Source: Eledone cirrhosa (taxonomy: Eukaryota). Taken from it: DNA of 64,000 nucleotides. The notes under the pieces were generated by a model. That model was not told where the DNA came from. It did no database searches and saw only the letters and a program-made list of their open reading frames with translations. The stretch's first letter is position 1. Every line of letters begins with the position of its first letter. A program made the translations under genes and the position numbers. Shown here piece after piece: positions 52,321 through 64,000 of the stretch. The stretch is taken from assembly GCA_964016885.1 (NCBI GenBank), contig OZ024746.1, forward strand, positions 18,910,001-18,974,000. Reading direction: 5' to 3'.

Positions 52321-52959
52321 TATATTCTCAAATAAAACTGAGACAAAGTATAACAGAGATGTGAGCTGATCCCAATAATTGAACTGGCTACCCACCAAAT
52401 CATAAATCCATTTGTATAGAACTGACTAGAGCTCATCATCATCATTGAATGTCTATTTTCCATGCTAACACTCACCAACAAAAACCAAATATACAACAAG
52501 TGAATGTCTGTAAAAGTGAAGTAATATGAGAGTATGAAGATGTGTAACCATCAAACAAGTTCTTAATAGTCTGGAGAAACAAGTGGTAGTTTTAACAACA
52601 TAAAACACTAAATTCTGAACGTTTTCTCAGAATCTAACTGTATTGAGAGACTTCATAAAATTCTGATTGAAATAAGATCAATAAAAATAATGGTCTCAAA
52701 GCACAAAGGTAAAAGTAGCAAAACAAAAAAAGAAGAGACACTGGGTCTCTATGGATTTGACAAATTTAGTGGTGAAAAACATTCAATAAAATTTTGCCCA
52801 TCAAGAAAACTTAGTTTCTGATTTAGTTTACAGTCGAAGGTAGAGAAAGATATTTATCTGTTAAACAGAAATTAGGATCATTTTAGAAATGTTAATGTAA
52901 TAGTTGAGGAAGGCTATATCTGGGAGTGGGTAATTGTGGATGTATGTCTATATATGTCC

Positions 52960-55900
52960 GTGTGTGTCCATGTGTGTGTCCATGTGTGTGTCCATGTGCG
53001 TGTCCATGTGTGTGTCCATGTGTGTGTCCATGTGTGTGTCCATGTGTGTGTCCATGTGTGTGTCCATGTGTGTGTCCATGTGTGTGTCCATGTGTGTGTC
53101 CATGTGTGTGTCCATGTGTGTTGGTGTGTTGGTGTGTTGGTGTGTTGGTGTGTTGGTGTGTTGGTGTGTTGGTGTGTTGGTGTGTTGGTGTGTTGGTGTG
53201 TTGGTGTTGGTGTGTTGGTGTGTTGGTGTTGGTGTGTTGGTGTTGGTGTGTTGGTGTTGGTGTGTTGGTGTTGGTGTTGGTGTGTTGGTGTTGGTGTGTT
53301 GGTGTGTTGGTGTTGGTGTGTTGGTGTTGGTGTGTTGGTGTTGGTGTGTTGGTGTTGGTGTTGGTGTGTTGGTGTTGGTGTGTTGGTGTGTTGGTGTTGG
53401 TGTGTTGGTGTTGGTGTTGATGCGTTGGTGTTGATGCGTTGGTGTTGATGCGTTGGTGTTGGTGTGTTGGTGTGTTGGTGTTGGTGTTGATGCGTTGGTG
53501 TTGGTGTTGATGCGTTGGTGTTGGTGTGTTGGTGTTGGTGTGTTGGTGTGTTGGTGTGTTGGTGTGTTGGTGTGTTGGTGTTGGTGTGTTGGTGTTGGTG
53601 TTGGCGTGTTGGTGTTGGCGTGTTGGTGTTGGCGTGTTGGCGTGTTGGCGTGTTGGCATGTTGGCGTGTTGGTGTGTTTGTGTGTTGGTGTTTGTGTGTT
53701 GGTGTGTTTGTGTGTTGGTGTTTGTGTGTTGGTGTTTGTGTGTTGGTGTTTGTGTGTTGGTGTTTGTGTGTTGGTGTTTGTGTGTTGGTGTTTGTGTGTT
53801 GGTGTTTGTGTGTTGGTGTTTGTGTGTTGGTGTTTGTGTGTTGGTGTTTGTGTGTTGGTGTTTGTGTGTTGGTGTTTGTGTGTTGGTGTTTGTGTGTTGG
53901 TGTTTGTGTGTTGGTGTTTGTGTGTTGGTGTTTGTGTGTTGGTGTTTTGGTGTGTTGGTGTTTCTGTGTTGGTGTTTCTGTGTTGGTGTTTGTGTGTTGG
54001 TGTTTGTGTGTTGGTGTTTGTGTGTTGGTGTTTGTGTGTTGGTGTTTGTGTGTTGGTGTTTGTGTGTTGGTGTTTGTGTGTTGGTGTTTGTGTGTTGGTG
54101 TTTGTGTGTTGGTGTTTGTGTGTTGGTGTTGGCGTTGGCGTGTTGGCGTGTTGGCGTGTTGGCGTGTTGGCGTGTTGGCGTGTTGGCGTGTTTGTGTGTT
54201 GGTGTTGGTGTGTTGGTGTTTGTGTGTTGGTGTTTGTGTGTTGGTGTTTGTGTGTTGGTGTTTGTGTGTTGGTGTTTGTGTGTTGGTGTTTGTGTGTTGG
54301 TGTTTGTGTGTTGGTGTTTGTGTGTTGGTGTTTGTGTGTTGGTGTTTGTGTGTTGGTGTTTGTGTGTTGGTGTTTGTGTGTTGGTGTTTGTGTGTTGGTG
54401 TTTGTGTGTTGGTGTTTGTGTGTTGGTGTTTGTGTGTTGGTGTTTGTGTGTTGGTGTTTGTGTGTTGGTGTTTGTGTGTTGGTGTTTGTGTGTTGGTGTT
54501 TGTGTGTTGGTGTTTGTGTGTTGGTGTTTGTGTGTTGGTGTTTGTGTGTTGGTGTGTGTGTTGGTGTTTGTGTGTTATGTGTGTGTTATGTGTGTGTTAT
54601 GTGTGTGTTATGTGTGTGTTATGTGTGTGTTATGTGTGTGTTATGTGTGTGTTATGTGTGTGTTATGTGTGTGTTATGTGTGTGTTATGTGTGTGTTATG
54701 TGTGTGTTATGTGTGTGTTATGTGTGTGTTATGTGTGTTATGTGTGTGTTATGTGTGTGTTATGTGTGTGTTATGTGTGTGTTATGTGTGTGTTATGTGT
54801 GTGTTATGTGTGTGTTATGTGTGTGTTATGTGTGTGTTATGTGTGTGTTATGTGTGTGTCTATATGAATGTCAGTTTGTGGGTTGAGGATGGTTATAATA
54901 TCTATGAATGAGTGATTGTGTATGCCTGTCTCTCTATGTATGTCAGTATGTATGTGTGTGTGTGTGTGCATGTATGTCTCATTGTATATGTGTGTATATG
55001 TTTATGTGTATGTCTGTATGTTTTTGCGTGTTCATGTGTGTCTATGTATGTTTGTGTCTGTTTTTCTGTCTCTGTGTGTCTCACTATATCACTGTATGTG
55101 TGTAGGTGTATGTCTCTGTGTGTATGTTTCACTGTGTTTGTGTATGTGTGTAGGTGTATGTCTGTGTGTGTGTCTCACTATGTCTATGTGTGTTGGTTAT
55201 GTCTGTCTGTGTATGTGTGTTGGTGTATGTCTCACTGTGTCTGTGTGTTGGTGTATGTCTGTGTGTGTCTCACTGTGTCTGTGTATGTGTGTTGGTGTAT
55301 GTCTGTGTGTGTGTCTCACTGTGCCTGTGTATGTGTGTTGGTGTATGTCTCTGTGTGTGTCTCACTGTGTCTGTGTATGTGTGTTGGTGTATGTCTGTGT
55401 CTCACTGTGTCTGTGTATGTGTGTTGGTGTATGTCTCTGTATGTGGGTTGGTGTATGTCTGTGTATGTGTGTTGGTGTGTGTCTGTGTGTGTGTCTCACT
55501 GTGTCTGTATGTGTGTTGGTGTATGTCTGTGTGTCTGTGTGTCTCACAGTGTCTGTGTATGTGTGTTGGTGTATGTCTGTGTGTGTATCTCACTGTGTAT
55601 GTGTGTTGGTGTATGTCTCTGTGTGTGTCTCACTGTGTCTGTGTATGTGTGTTGGTGCATGTCTGTGTGTCTCACTGTGTGTGTATGTGTGTTGGTGCAT
55701 GTTTGTGTGTACGTGTGTTGGTGTGTGTGTGTGTGTGTGTGTGTGTCTCACTGCCTGTGTATGTGTGTTGGTGTATGTCTCTGTGTGTGTCTCACTGTGT
55801 CTGTGTATGTGTGTTGGTGTATGTCTGTGTGTGTCTCACTGTGTCTGTATGTGTGTTGGTGTATGTCTCTGTGTGTGTGTCTCACTGTGTCTGTGTATGT

Positions 55901-56835
55901 GTGTTGGTGCATGTCTGTGTGTGTCTCACTGTGTCTGTGTACGTGTGTTGGTGTGTGTCTGTGTGTGTCTCACTGTGTCTGTACGTGTGTTGGTGTGTGT
56001 GTGTGTGTGTGTGTGTGTCTCAGTGCCTGTGTATGTGTGTTGGTGTATGTCTCTGTGTGTGTCTCACTGTGCCTGTTTATGTGTGTTGGTGTATGTCTGT
56101 GTGTGTCTCACTATATCACTGTATGTGTGTTGGTGTATGTCTCTGTGTGTGTCTCACTATATCACTATGTGTGTTGGTGTATGTCTCTGTGCGTGTCTCA
56201 CTGTGTCTGTATGTGTGTTGGTGCATGTCTGTGTGTGTCTCACTATATCACTGTATGTGTGTTGGTGTATGTCTCTGTGCGTGTCTCACTGTGTCTGTGT
56301 ATGTGTGTTGGTGCATGTCTGAGTGTGTCTCACTATATCACTGTATGTGTGTTGGTGTATGTCTGTGTGTGTCTCACTGTCTGTGTACGTGTGTTGGTGT
56401 ATGTCTGTGTGTGTCTCACTGTGTCTGTGTATGTGTGTTGGTGTATGTCTGTGTGTGTCTCACTGTGTCTGTGTATGTGTGTTGGTGTATGTCTGTGTGT
56501 CTCACAGTGTCTGTGTATGTGTGTTGGTGTATGTCTCTCTGTGTGTCTCACTGTCTGTACGTGTGTTGGTGTATGTCTGTGTGTGTCTCACTATATCACT
56601 GTACGTGTGTTGGTGTATGTCTGTGTGTGTCTCACTATATCACTGTATGTGTGTTGGTGTATGTCTGTGTGTGTGTCTCACTGTGTCTGGTGTATGTGTG
56701 TTGGTGTATGTCTCACTATATCACTGTATGTGTGTTGGTGTATGTCTCACTATATCACTGTATGTGTGTTGGTGTATGTCTCACTATATCACTGTATGTG
56801 TGTTGGTGCATGTCTCACTGTGTCTGTGTTTGTGA
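52960..56835. repeat. 3.9-kb compound TG-rich satellite
   Basis: Successive 12-, 8/6-, 14-, 11- and ~30-50-bp units, all TG-rich on the + strand. Confidence 0.97.
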
Positions 56836-59800
56836 TGAATTAATGATTATCAGATCACCATAGCAACAATGAATTAAATAAATGAAGAGATAAAAATGCA
56901 AAGGCATGGCTTGCCTGCAAAAAGTCTGCAAAACACAAAATATCATGCATTTCGATCAAATTTATTCATAGCAATCCATAAGATCCAAAAGTAATTATAA
57001 CGGAACTGTTACAGAAAAGGAGACCCTTTTCTTTGATATTGAGATGAATCACAAAGGGCAAAAAGCAAGGGATTCACTCGAGTCCAACTCCCTCCTATGC
57101 CCTACAGAAATCAATATTCCTGTAGGAATATAAAGGGTCAGTCATTCTCAATATCTCTAAATAACAGGCACAAGTAAAATCACAAGACTAGACTGGTCGG
57201 TCTTACAAGGGGAAATAACAAAGGCTTATATTTCTTTATAATTCAGAGAGAGGGGAAGGAAGAGAGAAAGAGAGATGGAAGGGGAGAGAGGAGAGAGAAA
57301 GATGGAAGGTGAGGACGGGCACAGAGGAGATAGGGAGGAGAGAGAGATGGAAAGCAAGAAAGGGGACAGAGGAGAGAGAGAGAGCGTAATAATAATTCTT
57401 TTATATATCATTAGAGGCAGAAAAGAAGAAATTCAAAGTACTATACATACTAAATCATTTTTTAAAAATACTCATAAAAGTACAAATTGTGCATCTATGA
57501 AGCCATAAAGATAAATAAATAAAAATAAAGGGATAAAAAAGATAGAAATTATAAGGAAATCCTCTTCATTAGTAAAGAAGATATTTTTATGCTTTAATGT
57601 CTATGGTAGAATTATTTTACAATTTCTGGCATTGCTAAATTACTAAAGCAATTTTACAGTTTGATTTTCTTTTATATTTATCTTAGTTTTATTGGTGAAC
57701 GATTAGTGATTATCTGTTTGTTAAATAACTTTTATGTATCTATGAGAATTACTATTTTAAAATACTAGGTCACTCTAGTAGTTAGATCATTTTATAGTTA
57801 TATATAATCTTCTCAATTATTTATTTGAAACACTATTTGAAAACTCATAACTTGTTATCATAATTTTTAAGGGTGGTGGATTGGCAGTAATTGGTAAGGT
57901 GTCAGACAACATGCTTTGTGACGTATAGTCACAGCTCTGAGTTCAAATCCTGCCGAAGTTAGCTTCACTTTTCATCTTATCCTTAATTGTTGGCCTTATA
58001 CTAAATTGTTGGCCTTATACCTAATTGTAAAACCATTTAAAAGGGCAGTGGATTGGTAGTACCAGTAGAGTGTCAGACAATGTGTGCTGTGGCATACAGT
58101 TACATTCCTTTACTTTCTGAGTACAAATCCTGGCAAGGTTAACTTTGCCTTTTATCCTTATTGGATTGATAAAATAAAGTACCAGTAATGCACTGGGGTC
58201 GATTAAATCAACTTTCCCTTCCCTCTAAAATACTTGGCCCTGTGCCTAAATCAGAAACCATTATCATCATGATTCCACCTACTAGTATTATTATTATTAT
58301 TATTGGTATTATTAAATTGTTTTAGCTGGTCTAAAGATAATATAAATAAACTAAGGCTATAATATTCAAGTAGCTTTCATAGTTTTCTTACTGGTTATAA
58401 ACAAACTTGTCATTTTAAAAAAAAATTATTTTTATCCATCTTGTCTTTTAAACTTGCTCCATTTCTACATTACTATACAACCAATAAAAACAAATTTATT
58501 GATTAAAATGTAAAGTAAAACACAATGATGTTAATAGTTCCATAAAACCACATCAAGCATATCTCTCTCACAAACATTTCCTTCATTTTAAAACAAAAAA
58601 AAAAAAACTTTGAAAATAATTCATAGGTGTCCATAAGTATGGTAAAAAATATGATTTACAAAACAAGAAAATCAATAAGAATTAGTCAGAGAGAGAAATA
58701 TGAGAGAAGACAGACACTCAGTTGTATGCTACAAGAGGGGAGGGTGGTGTGTCCCTCTAAACATTGAGACAAGCCAAGATATGTAAGGCATTGCTGCAGG
58801 TGACAACGAAGTTAAGGTACTGGAATAGCAACACACCCTCACAAGCATTACTCACTCTTTTCAGGTACCATTCTTTAATAAATAAGGGGCAGATCCATAT
58901 GAACAAGATGTGGTCTCATAACATGACTTGTCTCACAATGTAACAAAACGTCTGACCCATGCTAACAAGGAAAATGGATGCTAAATGATGAGGATGTTTG
59001 TTCGTTTTTGTTTTTATTTTTTTTTTTTTTTCGGAGAATTTCAAATTAGAATTTCTTTTTTTATTTATTTATTTATTTAATACCAGTTTTATAATTTTAA
59101 TGTCTTTACCCACTATGTTGATGTTTTGTTTTTGTTTTTCATGAGTTCAGTTGTGTCAATGACATGACAACCTCTCTAGTGTTGGTGATCTACACAATAA
59201 ATACACACTGTAAAGTGGTTGGTGATAGGAAGGGCATCTTGCCATAGAAATCTTGCCAAACAAAGGGTTGGGAGAACAATTGAGTTGTGCCAGGGATATG
59301 ATAGCCCCTCTAGTGCTAGTGCCACTATAAAATGTATCTGGTTGAGTGTGGACCATATGTAAGCAAGATGAAGACCCTTGGCCTGTCTCGGAGGTCAGTA
59401 GACTTCCTTCAGTACTGACTTTGTTTGTGAAGACCCATCCAAACCTTGCTAGCAGGAAAAACAGATATTAAATGATGATGATGATGACACCATATTCCAT
59501 AAAATGTTTCAATCTTTTTCTTTATTTCTAACGTATTTATATTTATTTATATTTTGCTTTTCTACTTTTTTTATTGGATATTTTTGTTTATGAGACTGGC
59601 ATGCCACATTAATCAATGTTTTGATTTATTTCACTTTGATGAAAAATGTCAAAATGATTCACTTTTATTTTTCTACCAATCCTATCACTGTTTTGCCATA
59701 TTTTAACCAACAGCAGAACAGTGCAGCTTCCTCACTGCTAGTGTTTCTTCCAATTAAATTTTCTTTTCATTTTTGAAAACAAATTATATCAAAAATAAAA

Positions 59801-60014
59801 CCAACAAATTCTTTTAAACAGATCAACAACCATATGAACAAATTATGTATTGATTCCTACAGTGAGAGTTGATATACAAATATGACTGGGAATCAAAGAT
59901 ATAACCATTAATTTACCAAAAGTGGTACTGTACTGAGAAAACAAACAGAACAGAAGAAACGATTAATTAGAAACATGTGTATATGCACTTATATTTATAA
60001 TGGCTTTTGTATGT

Positions 60015-60620
60015 GAGTGGAGGAACATGGCCTAATGATAATAATGCTGTGGGTTCAATCCCTGGACTGGGATGTGTGTTGTGTTCTTGAGCAAAACACT
60101 TCATTTCATGTTGCTCCAGTATCATCATCATCATTTTACGTCCGCTTTTCCCTGCTTGCAAGGGTGGGACAGGAACTGATTCTGGCTTGATTTCTACAGC
60201 TGGATGCCCTTCCTAACACCAACCTCATTTACAGTGAGTGCTGGGTGCTTTTTTGCCGTGGCACCTCCACGACCACTTTGCAGTGGAATGATAGGAAATG
60301 AGATGATAGGGACCCCAGTCCCTATCATCTCATTTCTACAGCTGAGTAAACTGGAGCAATGTGAAATAAAGTGTCTTGCTCAAGGAAACAACACATCACC
60401 CGGTCTGAGAATTGAACTCACAACCTTTCGATTACAAGGCCAATGCTCTGACCACTAAGCCATGTGCCTCCAGTATACTCAGCTGAAATGAGTACCAGCA
60501 ATAGCTGGGGATTTAACCCTGTGATGGATTGGCATCCTGTCCAGAGGCAAGGGTGTCTTAACTCTCAGTTGCTCCATGCCACAGAAACTAGGATAAGTAC
60601 TGGCCTGTTGAGTTTCCCAT
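60015..60620 (+). mobile_element. SINE family A interrupted by a minus-strand SINE B
   Basis: Head at 60015-60122 and tail at 60472-60620 rejoin as ttgctccagtatactcagctgaaatgagtacc. Confidence 0.85.
60123..60471 (-). mobile_element. Full-length SINE family B: tRNA head, CORE-like part, RTE-derived 3' tail
   Basis: Minus strand GGAGGCACATGGCTTAGTGG (A box), GAGTTCAATTC (B box). The tail shares ctggcttgatttctacagctggatgcccttcctaacaccaacctcatttacagtgagtgctgggtgc with the RTE 3' UTR and ends in (ATG)n. ctccagtat is duplicated at both ends. Confidence 0.92.
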
Positions 60621-61904
60621 CTTGAAACAGACTTTATACTTTAGAACCATATTATTGCCTTTAATCTTTCACAAAAATTTGTAGTAGCTAAATTTTTGTT
60701 GCTGTTAGACTTATTTTTATTTTTATTAAAGTAACACTCTCAGTTGCTTAACATCATAGAAACCTGGTTAAGCACCAGCCTGATGAGCCTCTAGGGCTTG
60801 AGACAGACTTTTATATATGTATATTTGTAAATATATACATGCATATTTGAGCATACATATACACAATCAAAGAAACAAAGTTAAGATGAAGTGAGGGATC
60901 TGTGTTACATTAAATGTTAAAGGATAAATACAAGGCTCTTGGTTATCAAGACTTGTTGTAACAATGGATCAAAGAAGAACCAAGTATCAAATTTCAATGG
61001 AAGGAATTATTTGCTTTGCTCTAGTGTCAATGTGCAACAAGCTAAGTCTGGAACGTAATACAATGTTTTGAAGGCTTTAATCAGAGCATGAAAAAGAAAG
61101 GAAAAACATTTATTGTGAATCAGTATGTTATTTACTATTGAGAGAGAGAGAGAGAATCTATTGAATCAAGAGAATCTATTGAATCAAAGAGATCAAAACA
61201 AGCAATCACAAAAGAAGAAAATTATACATACATACGCCTGCACCCATGTGCACGTGCACATTATATATATATATAGTAATAATAAATACAATGACCAAAT
61301 CTAAAGAGGACTCGATAAGGGTTGTATATATATAAGTATATATAAACCAGTAGAGCAAATATTTATCATTAGTACAGATGATCACACTTAGTGTGAAAGC
61401 AGAAATCGTTTGCTAAAACTTTACATCTGTACTACTACTACTACTAATAATAATAATAGTGTGCGTGTGTGCACATCCAAAAGGCTACTGAGTAAAAACA
61501 ACACAGGAGAATGAAACAGTACAATGATGAAATATATTAGTTTAACGCTTGAGATAGTAGGAAAAGAGCCTGAACGTTTCAGATGCTAGTTATTCACCAG
61601 AAGATAGATCATCATCATCATTTTTCGTCTGCTTTTCCCTGCTTGCAAGGGTGAGACAGGAACTGATTCTGGCTTGATTTCTACAGCTGGATGCCCTTCC
61701 TAACACCAACCTCATTTACAGTGAGTGCTGGGTGCTTTTTTGCCGTGGCACCTCCACGACCACTTTGCAGTGGAATGATATGGACCCCAGTCCCTATCAT
61801 TTCATTTCTACAGCTGAGTAAACTGGAGCAATCTGAAATAAAGTGTCTTGCTCAAGGAAACTTTATTTCAGATGAGAAATAAAAGAAGAAATAGCTAGTC
61901 AGAC

Positions 61905-62320
61905 ACATAATTAAATAGTAGAGGATGGTATCATACCCAATGACTGGTGCCACAATATCATTGCAAATTGCTATAAAGGTAACAGAGATGCACTAGAGAG
62001 GTAACTACAGAGACATTATATTGATGAACCAGGTCATGAAAATTGCTGGAAATGTTATAGTACAACTAATTAAGGATAAAATCAAGTTAGATGAGATACA
62101 GTTTGACTTTATGCTATGTAGGGATACCACTGATGCCTTGTTTGGTGAGACAAATGCAAATGAGGTACTTAGCTATGACTAAGCCACAGTACCTGACATC
62201 TGTAGATCTGAAGAAGACCTTTGACAAGAGTCCCCTACTCTGGAGAGCACTTAGGAACCTAGGTGTAGAAAATAGTTTGAGGGCTATGCAAGCCATCTAT
62301 AAAGGTGCAAGCATGAAAAA
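61905..62320 (+). mobile_element. Decayed RTE reverse-transcriptase fragment
   Basis: EDGIIPNDWCHNIIANCYKGNRDAL...DEIQFDF...TTDAL...VDLKKTFDK...WRALRNLGV with frameshifts; colinear with the RT at 46600-47000. Confidence 0.9.
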
Positions 62321-62454
62321 TAGATGTTAAACAGTGATGATGAGGATAATGATACACACACCTAATTTGACATTAACATACTGTCATTTACTGAGACAGA
62401 TTTGCAACACACACACATGCATGCTTGCTTGCTTCAACTTTACTGTTCTAAACC

Positions 62455-62490
62455 TGAGAGAGAGAAAGAAAGAGAGAGAAAGAGAAAGAA

Positions 62491-62521
<31 letters not shown>

Positions 62522-62568
62522 ATGAAAGAGAGAGAAGGAAAGAGAAAGAGAGAGAGAAAGAAAGAGAA

Positions 62569-62632
<64 letters not shown>

Positions 62633-62650
62633 GGACAGAGAGAGAGGGGG
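62455..62650. repeat. (GA)n polypurine tract
   Basis: Directly visible; similar tracts at 2860-3000 and 57245-57385. Confidence 0.95.
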
Positions 62651-63539
62651 GGGAGTAATCTTCCTGTATCAAATCAGTTTTTAATGGGTGCAATTTATTT
62701 ATCTTCATCATCATAGAGATGGAAATTTTCACTGCTTTATATAAAAAAGAAAACTCCAACACATTGCACAGCCAGCTCTCAGTTATGATTAAAAATAATA
62801 ATAAATAAAAAAGAGAAAGCAAAAGAAGCTGAATACAAAACCAAGCTTCTGTCCCTGCATCTATTACTTTAACACTTATACATAAACTTATTATCTATAA
62901 GACATTTAAAATATACTTTAATACATAACCCTTTTATAATCCAAGAAGCTTCAATTAACATTGCACCATTGCAAGGGTTACATTGCTATTAATTCTTATG
63001 AAAACAAAACAAAAAAACATTAAATATTTTTAAAAGTCTATCATAGAATAAATACTCAGAAAAAAAAAACTATATATATAATAATCGGTTGATCTTCTCT
63101 CTATTCAGAGTAGACTATCCTGACAAATTACCTGCCTATTTAAACAGAATATAAATATAATCTTGAAGTAAATAATTGCACAGTATTGTGTAAAACGCGA
63201 AACAAAAATAATAAAATAAATAGAAAGAAAAAAAATCTTCAATTGCAAACTATTTTTATCACATAAAAATTATCGATTCCTTCGAGGTATAAAACTATTT
63301 GCTTTTCAGTAAAATGCCTACAATCTTTAGTTCCAAGCTTCTAAACAATTGACATCTTGACCTACTATTTAAATGATATGCATTGCTGCATTCTGATATT
63401 TATGTTAAATACAATTCAGAAGAAGTGACTTAAACATCTTAAATGTGTTGTTCTTTTGTACAGTAAGGAAACCATAGTAGTAGTTGTTTTGTTGACTGGT
63501 TTCGTTGTAACTATAATGGTTCACTTTTTTAATCTCCAC

Positions 63540-63786
63540 CAAACCTTTTGCAGAGGAGTGCACATGGATTTAACCCTTTGGTTACCAGAGACATACTAAT
63601 CAGGTCCTGTATTAGTATGTCCCTGGAAAGACACGAAGATGAACTGGTATCAGACAATCGACAGAAATCTGAAACCCCATCAACAAAAGTTGGAACAATG
63701 TATTGATAGATGCAACTGACCGTGGTCATTGGAGCACTTTGGCTGCCTCATGTGTCTGAAGATGCAAGAGCTTCTAAGTCTAAGTT
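63540..63786 (+). mobile_element. Old RTE-clade 3' end of a different family, (CTAAGT)n tail
   Basis: Frameshifted NWYQTIDRNLKP...SWNNVLIDATDRGHWSTLAASCV, ending ctaagtctaagt. Confidence 0.6.
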
Positions 63787-64000
63787 ACCATATTTCAAAT
63801 AAAAGATATTACCAATGATTGTAAAATAATTTTGAAAATAATAGAGAATTTGTAAAGGTTTAGTCTTTCTCATTATAAAACTGACAGTTGGACTATAACT
63901 TAACAAAGGTACATACATAGAGTTATGATAGAAGGTATGCAAAAAAAGTGTCATTGAAAGATACAATATTGCATGGCAGTCCCAATTAGTTCAAGGTAAC

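Noticed and set aside
52892-56863. ORFs up to 643 aa rich in C/V/W
   Set aside because: Artefacts of the TG-rich satellite, which lacks stop codons.
60400-60471. tRNA gene
   Set aside because: A and B boxes are present, but it is the head of a multi-copy SINE and no convincing cloverleaf is visible.

Overview
AT-rich, microsatellite-dense eukaryotic non-coding DNA, intronic or intergenic. The SINE and RTE content suggests an octopod cephalopod (inference). No host gene is confidently identifiable; there are two weak minus-strand exon candidates. The main feature is a ~4.5 kb, nearly intact RTE-clade LINE on the minus strand (45172-49661). It encodes APE endonuclease plus RT in an ORF broken only by one extra A in an A10 run, has a C4HC3 PHD finger inside the RT, a 5' array of ~98-bp monomers, an (ATG)n tail and a GTGAT target-site duplication. 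It has inserted into the GIY-YIG endonuclease of a Penelope-like element (PLE), whose halves rejoin across the TSD. Beside that PLE is a palindrome carrying two decayed minimal hammerhead ribozymes. The window also contains a second PLE GIY-YIG remnant with a 94-bp hairpin, R4/Dong, CRE-like, CR1 and older RTE fossils, and Tc1/mariner/pogo-type MITEs. Many modular tRNA-derived SINEs are present, one borrowing the RTE 3' tail, along with TE-derived minisatellites, a 320-bp inverted templated copy 43 kb from its source, and a small tandem repeat of perfect RFX X-box motifs. All calls are by eye; no database searches were run.
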